Below, one piece after another: positions 37,700-46,914 of a stretch of 64,000 bases of DNA. Origin of the DNA: Candidatus Hadarchaeota archaeon (GTDB lineage Archaea > Hadarchaeota > Hadarchaeia > Hadarchaeales > Hadarchaeaceae); NCBI GenBank assembly GCA_040755315.1, contig JBFMBF010000001.1, positions 29,109 to 93,108 of the forward strand. The letters are read 5' to 3'. The number at the start of each line of letters is the position of its first letter. Position 1 is the first letter of the stretch. The position numbers and the translations under genes were made by a program. The notes under the pieces were generated by a model, which was given only the letters and a program-made list of their open reading frames with translations, searched no databases and was not told the origin of the DNA.

Positions 37700-38410
37700 A
37701 TGGCGAGCAAAAGTAAGATACGCGAGATTTACGAGGCGGATATTTACACACATCCAAAATTTTCTGAGGGAGTGCGGCTCAAAAAGCGAAAGGCCAAGGA
37801 GTCGAGAAACAGAAAAGCACTGGCCCAGATCAATGAACACGTTAAACTCAGAAGCGATTACAGAGTTTTGGATATCGGCTGTGGTCGTGGAGATTTTTTG
37901 TCACTTTTACCGGTCAAGAACAAGTATGGTGTAGAAATCAACCCAAAGGAGGTAAAAAGAGCAAGAGCAATAGGAATAGATGCGCGGGCGTTGGACGTAG
38001 AAAATGATCGGTTGCCGTACCCAGACAATTACATGGATTTGATTTTGTGCATGGAAGTGTTGGAGCATTTGTTTAACCCATCTTTGCTAATGTCCGAAAT
38101 GAAAAGGGTGTTAAAAAAAGGCGGTCACATTTACGCCACGGTTCCAAACGATCTTTACTGGCTGGGGAGCAGGATGAGAGTGTTTTTTGGGAAGCCGTTC
38201 ATAAAGTATGCTAAGGGTGCTTTACATCTCCACATAAAATTTTTTAACAAAGAAGTGTTGTCCAATCTTTTTGAAGAGGCAGGATTCAAAATAGTTTATG
38301 CCGGAGGGTTCCACTCAAAATCATTTCCCGCTTCTTTGGAAAAGTTCTTTGCCGCCCGTTTTACAAACTTGTTTGTTTCCACATACTCCATCGTTGCCAA
38401 AAAACCATGA
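37700..38410 (+). CDS. Class I SAM-dependent methyltransferase (Methyltransf_11-like)
   Basis: VLDIGCGRGDF motif I, acidic motif II, and LKKGGHIY motif. AT-rich compared with neighbours. Confidence 0.65.
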   Translation: MASKSKIREIYEADIYTHPKFSEGVRLKKRKAKESRNRKALAQINEHVKLRSDYRVLDIGCGRGDFLSLLPVKNKYGVEINPKEVKRARAIGIDARALDVENDRLPYPDNYMDLILCMEVLEHLFNPSLLMSEMKRVLKKGGHIYATVPNDLYWLGSRMRVFFGKPFIKYAKGALHLHIKFFNKEVLSNLFEEAGFKIVYAGGFHSKSFPASLEKFFAARFTNLFVSTYSIVAKKP

Positions 38411-38474
38411 CAATTTTTTCAATTGTTTGACCCGGATTAAGTGAGTATTAAATCTGATACAGGCAGTTTATCGT

Positions 38475-38552
38475 GGGCCCGTGGCCTAGTATGGATAAGG
38501 CGGCAGCCTTCTAAGCTGCAAATCGTGGGTTCAAATCCCACCGGGCCCGCCA
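38475..38552 (+). tRNA. tRNA-Arg (anticodon UCU), CCA encoded
   Basis: Manual cloverleaf: acceptor GGGCCCG/CGGGCCC, D-arm GCCT/AGGC, anticodon stem GCAGC/GCTGC with loop CTTCTAA, T-arm GTGGG-TTCAAAT-CCCAC, discriminator G, and CCA. Confidence 0.85.
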
Positions 38553-38621
38553 TTAAAAATCTTGCACGTTTTTCCGGCTTACCTGCTATTTTAAAATACA
38601 GCGGATATTGTAGGGGGACGA

Positions 38622-39506
38622 ATGGCCAGAATAAGCATAATTGGCAGCGGCGTCGTCGGGACGATAGTCGGCAAGGGATTCAGGAGCTTGGGCAACGACG
38701 TGGTTTTTTACGACATCAGCGAGAAAAAAGCGAGGCAGCTGAGGAACCAGGGTCTTGACGCCACAACCGACATCGCCTTGGCGGCCAGGAAGACGGACGT
38801 TTCTTTCATATCGGTGCCGACTCCTTCAAAGGCCGGCAAAATAAACCTGGACTGCATAAAGTCCGCGGTGGAGAGCCTCGGCAGGTGCATCGGCGAGAAG
38901 AAAAGGTATCACCTGGTGGTAGTCAAAAGCACGGTGGTTCCGACCACGACGGAAAAGGTCGTCATCCCGCTGCTCCAGAAAAGCTCTGGCAAAAGGGTCG
39001 GGAGAGAAATGGGCGTCTGCATGAACCCCGAGTTCCTGACGGAAATCCAGAAGTCATGGACAAAAGAAAAGGATTTCACGCGGGACTTCTTCAGCGAGGA
39101 GAGAATCGTCATCGGAAGTTTCGACAAGAAGTCCGGCGACGCGCTTCAGAAGCTTTACAGGCCCCTCAAGGCCCCGGTCTTCCGGACAAACCTCAGCACG
39201 GCCGAGACCGTCAAGTACGCGAGCAACTGCGCCTTGGCGTCCAGAATTTCCTACTGGAACGAGATTTTCTTCATATGCCAGAAAATAGGCGTCGACTCTA
39301 ATTTCGTGGCCCAGGTCGTGGGCATGGACAGCAGGATAGGGAGGTATGGAACTATCCACGGGAAGGCATTCGGAGGCAAGTGTCTGCCCAAAGACCTCGA
39401 TGCATTCATAGCTTTTTCCAGAAGCGTTAGCCACGAGCCGAAGCTCCTCAAGGCCGTCGCCGACATAAACAAAAGGATCGGAAAGGAGCGCGGGGTGAGA
39501 GAGTGA
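38622..39506 (+). CDS. UDP-glucose/GDP-mannose dehydrogenase family protein, N-terminal and central domains only
   Basis: N-terminal IIGSGVVG Rossmann motif and a catalytic-Cys motif GGKCLPKD. It ends at 294 aa, lacking the usual C-terminal UDP-binding domain. The stop overlaps the start of the next gene. Confidence 0.6.
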   Translation: MARISIIGSGVVGTIVGKGFRSLGNDVVFYDISEKKARQLRNQGLDATTDIALAARKTDVSFISVPTPSKAGKINLDCIKSAVESLGRCIGEKKRYHLVVVKSTVVPTTTEKVVIPLLQKSSGKRVGREMGVCMNPEFLTEIQKSWTKEKDFTRDFFSEERIVIGSFDKKSGDALQKLYRPLKAPVFRTNLSTAETVKYASNCALASRISYWNEIFFICQKIGVDSNFVAQVVGMDSRIGRYGTIHGKAFGGKCLPKDLDAFIAFSRSVSHEPKLLKAVADINKRIGKERGVRE

Positions 39507-40354
39507 AGGTGGTCATCCCTGCGGCGGGGCTCGGGACCAGGCTCCTCCCAGCCACTAAAGAGCAGCCGAAGGAGATGCTTCCCCTCTTTGCGAAGGCCAG
39601 CGATGGCCAGCCCTACCTAAAGCCTCTCCTCCAGCTGGTTTTTGAGCAGCTTTATGACCTTGGCCTCCGCGAGTTCTGCTTTGTCATCGGGAGGGAAAAG
39701 AGAGCAATCGAGGATCACTTCACGCCTGAGCCAGACTACATCAAAATGCTGGAGAAGCTTGGGAAAGACGATGTGGCAAATGAGCTCGCTGGTTTTTACA
39801 GGAAGGTCGAGAAGTCAAAGCTGGTATGGGTAAACCAGCCAGAGCCCCGGGGTTTCGGCGACGCGGTGCTCAGGGCAGCGCCGTTCGTCGGCGATGACTT
39901 GGTGTTCGTGCATGCGGGAGACACTTACATAATCTCCGGCGAAGCCAAGCATCTCAAGGAGCTGATATGTACCCACAAAAAGATGGACGCCGACATGACC
40001 TGCCTCATCCGCGAGGTGGAGAACCCGAGGCAGTTCGGTGTCGTGGAGGTGGAAAAAGTCGCGGGCAAACTCTTCAAGCTGAAAAAGGTCGTGGAAAAAC
40101 CGGAAAAGCCAAAGACAAACCTTGCCATCATGCCAATCTACATCTTCCGCCCAGCGATCTTCAAGGCCCTGGGGGAGGTTCCGCCGGGGAAGGGCAACGA
40201 GATACAGCTTTCGGACGGCATCCAGAGCTTGATAGACTCCGGCCTGGCCTGCTATGCCATCAAGCTGACGTCCAGGGACATCTGGCTGGACATCGGGACG
40301 ATTGAGACATACTGGAATGCTCTGAAAACATCGTTTGAGCGGGCGGTTGGTTGA
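39503..40354 (+). CDS. UTP--glucose-1-phosphate uridylyltransferase-like sugar nucleotidyltransferase
   Basis: VIPAAGLGTRLLPATKEQPKEMLP GalU-type signature. Confidence 0.7.
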   Translation: MKVVIPAAGLGTRLLPATKEQPKEMLPLFAKASDGQPYLKPLLQLVFEQLYDLGLREFCFVIGREKRAIEDHFTPEPDYIKMLEKLGKDDVANELAGFYRKVEKSKLVWVNQPEPRGFGDAVLRAAPFVGDDLVFVHAGDTYIISGEAKHLKELICTHKKMDADMTCLIREVENPRQFGVVEVEKVAGKLFKLKKVVEKPEKPKTNLAIMPIYIFRPAIFKALGEVPPGKGNEIQLSDGIQSLIDSGLACYAIKLTSRDIWLDIGTIETYWNALKTSFERAVG

Positions 40355-40355
40355 C

Positions 40356-41303
40356 ATGGCTAGAAAAAAGACGGCCGTTGTGACGGGCGGCTCTGGATTC
40401 ATAGGGTCGTGGGTTTGCGAGCGGCTCCTGCAAGATGGGTTCGGCGTCATCTGCGTGGACAACATCAGCTCGGGGAACAGGAGGAACATCGCCCACCTGC
40501 GAGATAATGAAAACTTTGAGTTCATGGAGCAGGACGTGAGGGAGCCGATGAACATCCGCGCACGGGTTGACACAGTTTTCCATCTCTCCTCGCGGGCGTC
40601 TCCGGTTGATTTTGTGGAGCATGCTGTTGAAATCTTGATGACGAACTCAACTGGGACTAGGAACTCGCTGGAGCTGGCCAGGAAAAACAAGGCCCGCTTT
40701 CTGCTGGCGTCGTCCTCCGAGGTCTACGGGAACCCTCTCGAGCATCCACAGAGGGAGACATACTGGGGGAACGTCAACCCCAACGGCGTCAGGTCCTCAT
40801 ATGACGAGTCAAAAAGGTTCTCCGAGGCCCTCACTTCAGCATACGTCAGAAACCACGGGCTGGACGCAAGGATTGCGCGGATTTTCAACACATACGGCCC
40901 AAGGATGAGGAAGGACGACGGAAGGGTGATCCCAAACTTCACATCCCAGGCGCTGAGCGGAAGGCCAATCACGGTTTATGGGGACGGCTCACATAGCCGG
41001 GCGTTCTGTTATGTGGAGGACTTGGTGGACGGGCTGGTGAGGCTGGCATTCAAAGGAGGCCTGAAGGGGGAAGTGGTCAATGTTGGAAACCCGAGGGAGG
41101 TGAAGGTTCTCGAGGTCGCGAAGCTGGTGAAAAAAATAACGGGCACCAAATCCGAGATTGTTTTCAAGCCCCTGCCAAAAGACGACCCCGTCCGACGGAG
41201 GCCCGACATCTCCAAGGCGAGGAGGCTTCTGAAGTGGGAACCCAAAGTGCCGCTGGAAGCTGGGTTGCAGAAAACCATAGAATACTTCAAAAAATTTAGT
41301 TGA
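40356..41303 (+). CDS. UDP-glucuronate decarboxylase-like (UXS) extended SDR epimerase/dehydratase
   Basis: TGGSGFIGS Rossmann motif, a YDESKR catalytic YxxxK, and overall UXS-like layout; about 315 aa. Confidence 0.65.
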   Translation: MARKKTAVVTGGSGFIGSWVCERLLQDGFGVICVDNISSGNRRNIAHLRDNENFEFMEQDVREPMNIRARVDTVFHLSSRASPVDFVEHAVEILMTNSTGTRNSLELARKNKARFLLASSSEVYGNPLEHPQRETYWGNVNPNGVRSSYDESKRFSEALTSAYVRNHGLDARIARIFNTYGPRMRKDDGRVIPNFTSQALSGRPITVYGDGSHSRAFCYVEDLVDGLVRLAFKGGLKGEVVNVGNPREVKVLEVAKLVKKITGTKSEIVFKPLPKDDPVRRRPDISKARRLLKWEPKVPLEAGLQKTIEYFKKFS

Positions 41304-41318
41304 ACCAAGCGCCGTCCG

Positions 41319-42266
41319 TCATTTTTCCACTTTTTCCCAGTATTCAAGGGTGTCGGCGAGGGTTTTTTCTATGGGGACTTTCGGCTCCCAGCCGCACTCC
41401 CTCCTTATCTTGGCGTTGTCCCCCACCACGATGGGCTCGTCAGTCGGGCGCAGTTTTTTCGGGTCAACCTCCACGTTCACTTGCAGGCCGGAGATTTCGA
41501 GCAGCTTGTCCAGAATGTCCCCTATCCTGAGCGGCTTTGAGGAGCAGATGTTGTAGACATCGCCGAACTTTCCCTTTTCCAGCAGGACCCAGAAGGCGTC
41601 CAGCGTGTCCTGAATGTCCATAAGGTCGCGCACCACGTCCAGGTTGCCCACGTGTATGACTGGCGCCGCCTCCCCGCGCTTTATCCCAACAATCTGGCGG
41701 CAGAAGTCTGAGCAGGCGTCACCCACCTTTCTCGGGCCGGTGGCGCCGAAAATCCTCACGCGTACTGTCTTCATCCCGTAGTTTTTGAAGTACTGGTAGG
41801 CGAGGAGGTTCTGGGCCACCTTGCTCACGCCGTACGGGCTGACTGGAAGGAGCGGGTGGTCCTCCCTGATGGGCGGCTCATCCTTTTTTATGAGCCCATA
41901 CTCAGCGCTCGAGCCGGCCACGAGTATCTTTGGGTCGAGCCCCAGCTGCCTCACGGACTCGAAGAGGTAGACAGTCCCCATCACGTTCGTGTCCATCGTC
42001 TCGACCGGGTCTATCCAGGAGACATCCGGGCGGCTCTGGGCGGCGAGGTGGAAGATGATGTCAGGGGAGCTTTCCTTAACGGCGTTTCTCACCTCAGGCA
42101 GGCTACGCATGTTGCATTTTATCAGCTTTATTTTATCCCGCGCATGCTCGATGCCACCCATGCCGGCGTCCCTGACGGTCCCGAACACCTCCATTTTTTT
42201 CGCCGTGAGAAAGTCGGGGAGATAGCTCCCGATGAAGCCGTTTATTCCAGTAACCAATGCTCTCAT
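41319..42266 (-). CDS. NAD-dependent epimerase/dehydratase (GDP-mannose 4,6-dehydratase / Rmd-like)
   Basis: VTGINGFIGS and a YGVSK catalytic YxxxK; extended SDR fold. Confidence 0.65.
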   Translation of the reverse strand: MRALVTGINGFIGSYLPDFLTAKKMEVFGTVRDAGMGGIEHARDKIKLIKCNMRSLPEVRNAVKESSPDIIFHLAAQSRPDVSWIDPVETMDTNVMGTVYLFESVRQLGLDPKILVAGSSAEYGLIKKDEPPIREDHPLLPVSPYGVSKVAQNLLAYQYFKNYGMKTVRVRIFGATGPRKVGDACSDFCRQIVGIKRGEAAPVIHVGNLDVVRDLMDIQDTLDAFWVLLEKGKFGDVYNICSSKPLRIGDILDKLLEISGLQVNVEVDPKKLRPTDEPIVVGDNAKIRRECGWEPKVPIEKTLADTLEYWEKVEK

Positions 42267-42358
42267 TTAAGTCCCTCGATATTTGGTCTATCCGCGGATA
42301 TTAAACTCTGACTAAGCACATGTTTGGCAACCTTGAGACTTGCATCGTCATCAATCGG

Positions 42359-42372
42359 TGAACGTTCGCAAT
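42359..42372. promoter_or_regulatory. Operator-like palindrome, copy 1 (imperfect: GTGAACGTTCGCAAT)
   Basis: Shares the AACGTTCGCAA half-site with copies 2 and 3; about 95 bp upstream of the epimerase start at 42266. Confidence 0.4.
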
Positions 42373-42408
42373 CGCGCCAACTTCTCCAGAAATTGTTTTT
42401 GTGAGCAG

Positions 42409-42422
42409 TGCGAACGTTCGCA
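42409..42422. promoter_or_regulatory. Operator-like perfect 14-bp palindrome, copy 2 (TGCGAACGTTCGCA)
   Basis: Perfect dyad; its centre lies 52 bp from copy 1, about five helical turns. Confidence 0.45.
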
Positions 42423-42423
42423 A

Positions 42424-42663
42424 TCATTCAACGCCGCACTTGGCGCCGCGGATGAGGTTTACCCTTGCCCCACGGTTGCGGCAGAAGTGGGCCACTTCCA
42501 AGGCGACGCCCAGCTTCTCGGCCTCGACCACGCTGTATTGGATTCGCCTCGCCAAACCCATCGATTCCAGACGACCAAGCAAGCAGTACAGGCTGCGCGG
42601 CGCCTTGCCCTTGAAATCATATATCACGTAGTTGCGAACGTTCGCAATCTTCGTTTTGCTCAT
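42424..42663 (-). CDS. Small putative DNA-binding / regulatory protein, hypothetical
   Basis: An 80-aa ORF (MSKTKIANVRNYVIYDFKGKAPRSLY...) with native-like GC3-rich codons. A TTATAA TATA-like element lies about 30 nt upstream on its strand. The 16-bp palindrome lies within its first codons. No family assignment. Confidence 0.3.
   Translation of the reverse strand: MSKTKIANVRNYVIYDFKGKAPRSLYCLLGRLESMGLARRIQYSVVEAEKLGVALEVAHFCRNRGARVNLIRGAKCGVE
42632..42647. promoter_or_regulatory. Operator-like perfect 16-bp palindrome, copy 3 (TTGCGAACGTTCGCAA)
   Basis: Perfect dyad about 150 bp upstream of the GHMP kinase start, within the first codons of the small minus-strand ORF. Confidence 0.45.
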
Positions 42664-42798
42664 TTTTTCCCGCCGAAGCTTTGCGTGAACGATCCTTATA
42701 AGCAAGAAAAATGTCCCCAGCCGACGCGTACCTGGCTAAAACTTGCGCCATTCACCAAACGCCTAAATATGTCGCTGCGAACTCGTTATTGGATAGTC

Positions 42799-43779
42799 AT
42801 GATAATAACAAGAACTCCTGCCAGGATAACTTTTGGCGGGGGCGGCACAGACCTGCCGTCTTATTACTCAAAGCGCGGGGGGCTCGTGATCGGCGCGGCG
42901 ATAGACAAGTACATCTACATCGACCTCCACGACATCTTCATCAACAAGGTCATCGCCCACTACTCAAAGTCCGAGATGGTGAACCACGTGAACCAGCTGA
43001 AGCACCCGATAATCAGGGAGGCCCTGAAGCTGACGGGAGTTACAAAGAAAATAGAGGTGGGAAGCATGGCGGACATACCCGCGAGGGCAGGCCTGGGCTC
43101 TTCCGGAAGCTTCACAGTCGGCCTGCTGAGGGCGCTTCACTTCCACAACAGGGAGTATGTCCCGCCGCAGGAGCTTGCTGAGGAAGCCTGCAAGATAGAG
43201 ATAGACATTCTGAAGGAGCCGATTGGGAAGCAGGACCAGTACATCGCGGCTTTCGGAGGCATAATTTCCCTGATTTTCGAGAAGGACGGCAAGGTGATAG
43301 TGGAACCGCTGAGGATGAACAAAAAGACAATAGAGGACCTGGAGAGGAACCTGCTCCTGTTTTTCACTGGGTTTTCAAGGACTTCCCACGTCGCCCTGAA
43401 GAGGCAGGACAGGCTCACCAAGGAAAAGGACGAGGCGATGCTGAAAAGTCTGGATGAGATAAAAGAGATTGGTTACAAGTCTAGGGACGCCCTGAAAGCC
43501 GGTGACACCAGGCGTTTCGGGGAGCTTATGAACCTTCATTGGCAGAGCAAGAAGAAAAGGTCCGGCAAGATCAGCAACCCAAAAATAGACCGGTGGTACA
43601 AAATCGCGCTGAAAAACGGCGCCATCGGCGGGAAGCTGGTCGGCGGAGGGGGAGGCGGCTTCCTAATGTTTTACGCGAAGGATAGAAGATGGCTTAGGGA
43701 GACCATGGCCAGAGAAGGCCTGGAAGAGGTAAAGTTCAGGTTTGATTTCGAGGGTTCAAAAGTCATAGTTGGAATGTGA
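42799..43779 (+). CDS. hddA: GHMP-family sugar kinase, D-glycero-D-manno-heptose 7-phosphate kinase (HddA)-like
   Basis: MIITRTPARITFGGGGTDLPSYY N-terminus matches HddA-type kinases, and PARAGLGSSGS is the GHMP ATP-binding motif. Start at the internal ATG; the upstream ORF extension covers the regulatory region. Confidence 0.6.
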   Translation: MIITRTPARITFGGGGTDLPSYYSKRGGLVIGAAIDKYIYIDLHDIFINKVIAHYSKSEMVNHVNQLKHPIIREALKLTGVTKKIEVGSMADIPARAGLGSSGSFTVGLLRALHFHNREYVPPQELAEEACKIEIDILKEPIGKQDQYIAAFGGIISLIFEKDGKVIVEPLRMNKKTIEDLERNLLLFFTGFSRTSHVALKRQDRLTKEKDEAMLKSLDEIKEIGYKSRDALKAGDTRRFGELMNLHWQSKKKRSGKISNPKIDRWYKIALKNGAIGGKLVGGGGGGFLMFYAKDRRWLRETMAREGLEEVKFRFDFEGSKVIVGM

Positions 43780-43788
43780 GAAGGGAAG

Positions 43789-45084
43789 ATGAGCTTGAAA
43801 ATAGCTGTTTTCGGTTTGTGGCATCTGGGGTGTGTCAGCGCAGCAGGCCTGGCGGAGATGGGTCACGATGTCGTGGGCACCGACTTCGACAGGAAGGTTG
43901 TTGAAGGCCTGTCAAAAGGGCGCCCGCCAATCTACGAGCCAAGGCTGGAGGAGCTGATAAAGAAAAATGCCAAAAGAAAAAAACTGTCTTTTGTTTTTGA
44001 CAAAAAAACCGCCCTGAAGGGCGCGGAGTTCATATTCATAACATTCGACACGAAAGTTGACGAGAAAGACAGGGCTGACCTCGGGGAGACAAAGCGCGCC
44101 GCGGCGGAGATTGCCAAGCACGTCAGAGATGGTTCCGTCATCGTCGTCAGCAGTCAAGTGCCCGTGGGAACGTGCGCCGAAATAAAAAATGTCGTTTCCA
44201 GAGGCGCGGAGGTGGACATTTGTCACGTTCCGGAGAACCTGAGGCTCGGCACCGCTTTGGATTCATTCTTGAAGCCGGACAGGGTGGTCATAGGCGCGAA
44301 TGAAGTTTCCACCATGAGGAAAGTCAAGAAGCTTTTCCAGCCGCTCGGGTGCGAATTGATCACGATGGGGGTGGAAAGCGCCGAGATGGCAAAGCACGCG
44401 CTGAACGCTTACATGGCGGCCTGCATCAGCTTCATAAACGAGATTTCAGACCTGTGCGAGCTCAGCGGGGCCTCGGCCTCGGACGTTGTCAAGGCTCTGA
44501 AGACAGACAGGAGGGTCAGCCCCCACGCCCCCATAAATCCCGGCCTGGGCTTTTCGGGGGGGACGTTGGCCAGGGACGTCCAGGTTCTGAGGTCTTACGG
44601 CGACAAGGTGGGATATGACACGAGAATGCTGGACGCCGTCTTCAACATCAACCAAGCCAGGAAGCAGCTTGTCCTGAAAAAACTTGAGAAATCTTTTGGC
44701 AGCGTCAGGCGGCTTCAAGTCGGGATACTCGGCCTGACTTACAAGCCCGGCACAGACACCCTCAGGCGGTCTCTTTCGCTGGAGGTGGCGAAGGGGCTGG
44801 CTGCTCGCGGCGCCAGGGTGAGGGCGTATGACCCGAAGATTTCAAAGCCGATCCCGGGACTGCCAAGGCTCGAAGTTTGCAATGACGTGGAAGATGTGGC
44901 CAGAGGGAGCGATGTGCTGGTGCTGCTCACAGAGTGGCCAGAGTTCAGGGCCCTGCCGCTGAAGAGGATAAAATCACTGATGAAAAAGCCGGTTTTTTTC
45001 GACGCGAAGAACTTCCTCTCTCCACAGGAGTTTAAGAAACTGGGCTTCAGATACATTGGAGTGGGTGGTGGATTTGAAGCTTAA
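43789..45084 (+). CDS. Nucleotide-sugar dehydrogenase (UDP-glucose 6-dehydrogenase / UDP-ManNAc dehydrogenase family), full length
   Basis: N-terminal VFGLWHLG Rossmann motif, central dimerisation domain, and the C-terminal UDP-binding domain; about 431 aa. Confidence 0.8.
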   Translation: MSLKIAVFGLWHLGCVSAAGLAEMGHDVVGTDFDRKVVEGLSKGRPPIYEPRLEELIKKNAKRKKLSFVFDKKTALKGAEFIFITFDTKVDEKDRADLGETKRAAAEIAKHVRDGSVIVVSSQVPVGTCAEIKNVVSRGAEVDICHVPENLRLGTALDSFLKPDRVVIGANEVSTMRKVKKLFQPLGCELITMGVESAEMAKHALNAYMAACISFINEISDLCELSGASASDVVKALKTDRRVSPHAPINPGLGFSGGTLARDVQVLRSYGDKVGYDTRMLDAVFNINQARKQLVLKKLEKSFGSVRRLQVGILGLTYKPGTDTLRRSLSLEVAKGLAARGARVRAYDPKISKPIPGLPRLEVCNDVEDVARGSDVLVLLTEWPEFRALPLKRIKSLMKKPVFFDAKNFLSPQEFKKLGFRYIGVGGGFEA

Positions 45085-45928
45085 AGGAAAGGTCGCAATC
45101 GTCACCGGCGCCAGCATGGGGATAGGCCTGGCAATAGCTGAGGCTTTCGCAAAAGAGGGCTGCAACCTGACAATAGTGTCGAGGAACTTGGGCGACGTGA
45201 GCAAGGCGGCGGCGGGGCTGAAGAAACACGGCGTAGATGTCCTTCCTTTGAAGTGCGACGTGTCGAGGCCTGAGGAAGTTGAAGAAATGGTCAAAAAAAC
45301 TGTGAAAAAATTCAGGAAGATAGACATCCTGGTCAACAACGCGGGGATTTACGGGCCTCTCGGGCCGCTGGTCGGCAACGATTTTGGGGAGTGGGAGAAG
45401 ACCATAAAGATAAACCTGCTCGGCACCGTGATTTGCACGAAGTCTGTTCTTCCCCACATGATCAAGGCCGGGAAAGGCAAGATAATCAACCTCTCGGGCG
45501 CAGGCACTGGAGGCCCCGCGACCCCTACGATAAGCGCTTATGTAACCTCAAAGGAAGCGGTTGCCAGGTTCACGGAAGTTGTCGCGGAAGAGGTGAAGAA
45601 CCACAACATCCATGTCAACTCAATCGCTCCCGGCGCCGTCAACACGAGGCTGCTCGACCAGGTCTTTGCCGCCAGGGACAGGATGGACAAAAAATTCGTT
45701 GAGAAATCCATAAAGCAGAGGAAGACTGGGGGGACTCCGCCTGAGAGGGCCGCGCGGCTCGCCCTGTTTTTGGCGTCAGAGGAGTCGGACGGGATAACCG
45801 GGAAGCTGATCAGCGCGGTGTGGGACGATTACGGAGGCTTCGCCGCCAGGCTCGATGAGATAAATGACACTTCCATCTACACACTGAGAAGGATAGACGG
45901 CGTGCTTTACAAGGAGGTCGAAAAATGA
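45056..45928 (+). CDS. Short-chain dehydrogenase/reductase (SDR) family oxidoreductase
   Basis: KVAIVTGASMGIG motif, NNAG, and a YxxxK-like catalytic region. The start may be a downstream GTG/TTG (45065-45074), since the ATG at 45056 overlaps the upstream gene by 29 nt. Confidence 0.7.
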   Translation: MEWVVDLKLKGKVAIVTGASMGIGLAIAEAFAKEGCNLTIVSRNLGDVSKAAAGLKKHGVDVLPLKCDVSRPEEVEEMVKKTVKKFRKIDILVNNAGIYGPLGPLVGNDFGEWEKTIKINLLGTVICTKSVLPHMIKAGKGKIINLSGAGTGGPATPTISAYVTSKEAVARFTEVVAEEVKNHNIHVNSIAPGAVNTRLLDQVFAARDRMDKKFVEKSIKQRKTGGTPPERAARLALFLASEESDGITGKLISAVWDDYGGFAARLDEINDTSIYTLRRIDGVLYKEVEK

Positions 45929-46908
45929 GGGTCGGGATAATCGGGGCGGGCCTCATCGGGAACAAGCGGGCAAACAACCTCGGGGCCGCGAAGCTTCTCT
46001 GGGTCGCAGATGTCGTTGCCGAGCGGGCGAAGAAGCTTGCGGAAAGGCATGGCTGCAGTTTTACCTCCGACTGGCGGGAGGTCGTGGAAGACGACTCGGT
46101 CGACATTGTCATTGTCTCGACAACAAACAACGCCCTCGCCCCCGTTGCAATCGAGGCGATAAAAAAAGGCAAGCACACGCTGATTGAAAAGCCCTGCGCC
46201 AGGAACCCTAGGGAGCTGCTGGGCGTCATCAACGCTGCTAGGCGGCACAGGGGCGTGAAGGTCAAGGCGGGGTTCAACCACCGCTTCCACCCGGCGCTGG
46301 CCAAGGCCAAGCAAATCTTTGATTCCGGGGAAATCGGGCCTCTCATGTACATCCGGGCCAGGTACGGCCACGGTGGCAGGAAGGGTTATGACAGGGAGTG
46401 GCGGGCCAATCCAAAAATCTCGGGCGGCGGGGAGATGTTGGATCAGGGAATCCACATCATCGACCTGGCGAGGTGGTTTGCCGGGGATTTCGACCAGGCC
46501 ATCGGGCACTGCGGCACCATGTTCTGGGACATGGATGTGGAGGATAACGGCTTCGCGCTGCTGAAGAACAAGAAGGGCCAGATAGCGTCTTTGCACGCCA
46601 GCTGGACCGAGTGGAAGAACCTTTTTTCGTTCGAGGTGTTCTGCAAGCGGGGGAAGCTTGAGGTCAACGGGCTCGGCGGCAGCTATGGCGAGGAAACTCT
46701 GACTTGCTATAAGATGAAGCCCGAGCTTGGCATCCCGGACAAGTTTGTTTACGGCTGGCCGGGAGACGACGTATCGTGGAAGCTCGAGTTCGAGAACTTC
46801 TTGGACGCCATCAAGAACAACAAGGCGCCCCTGGGCACCCTGCAGGATGCCTATGCCGCCATGAAAATAATTTTTGATGTTTACAGCTGGAGCAGGAAGC
46901 ACGGCTGA
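45925..46908 (+). CDS. Gfo/Idh/MocA family oxidoreductase (UDP-sugar 3-dehydrogenase WbpB-like)
   Basis: MRVGIIGAGLIG N-terminal Rossmann motif and a conserved EKP motif; about 327 aa. Confidence 0.75.
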   Translation: MRVGIIGAGLIGNKRANNLGAAKLLWVADVVAERAKKLAERHGCSFTSDWREVVEDDSVDIVIVSTTNNALAPVAIEAIKKGKHTLIEKPCARNPRELLGVINAARRHRGVKVKAGFNHRFHPALAKAKQIFDSGEIGPLMYIRARYGHGGRKGYDREWRANPKISGGGEMLDQGIHIIDLARWFAGDFDQAIGHCGTMFWDMDVEDNGFALLKNKKGQIASLHASWTEWKNLFSFEVFCKRGKLEVNGLGGSYGEETLTCYKMKPELGIPDKFVYGWPGDDVSWKLEFENFLDAIKNNKAPLGTLQDAYAAMKIIFDVYSWSRKHG

Positions 46909-46914
46909 AGGCGG

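Noticed and set aside
36255-37757. ATG-initiated 500-aa version of the phosphohexomutase ORF
   Set aside because: The extra 50 N-terminal residues precede the conserved KLFGTFGVRG start motif and would overlap the divergent methyltransferase gene by 57 nt. A GTG/TTG start near 37607 is preferred.
42340-42798. N-terminal 153-codon extension of the GHMP kinase ORF
   Set aside because: It covers the divergent regulatory region with the palindromes. The conserved HddA-type N-terminus MIITRTP begins at 42799, and the extension has no family similarity.
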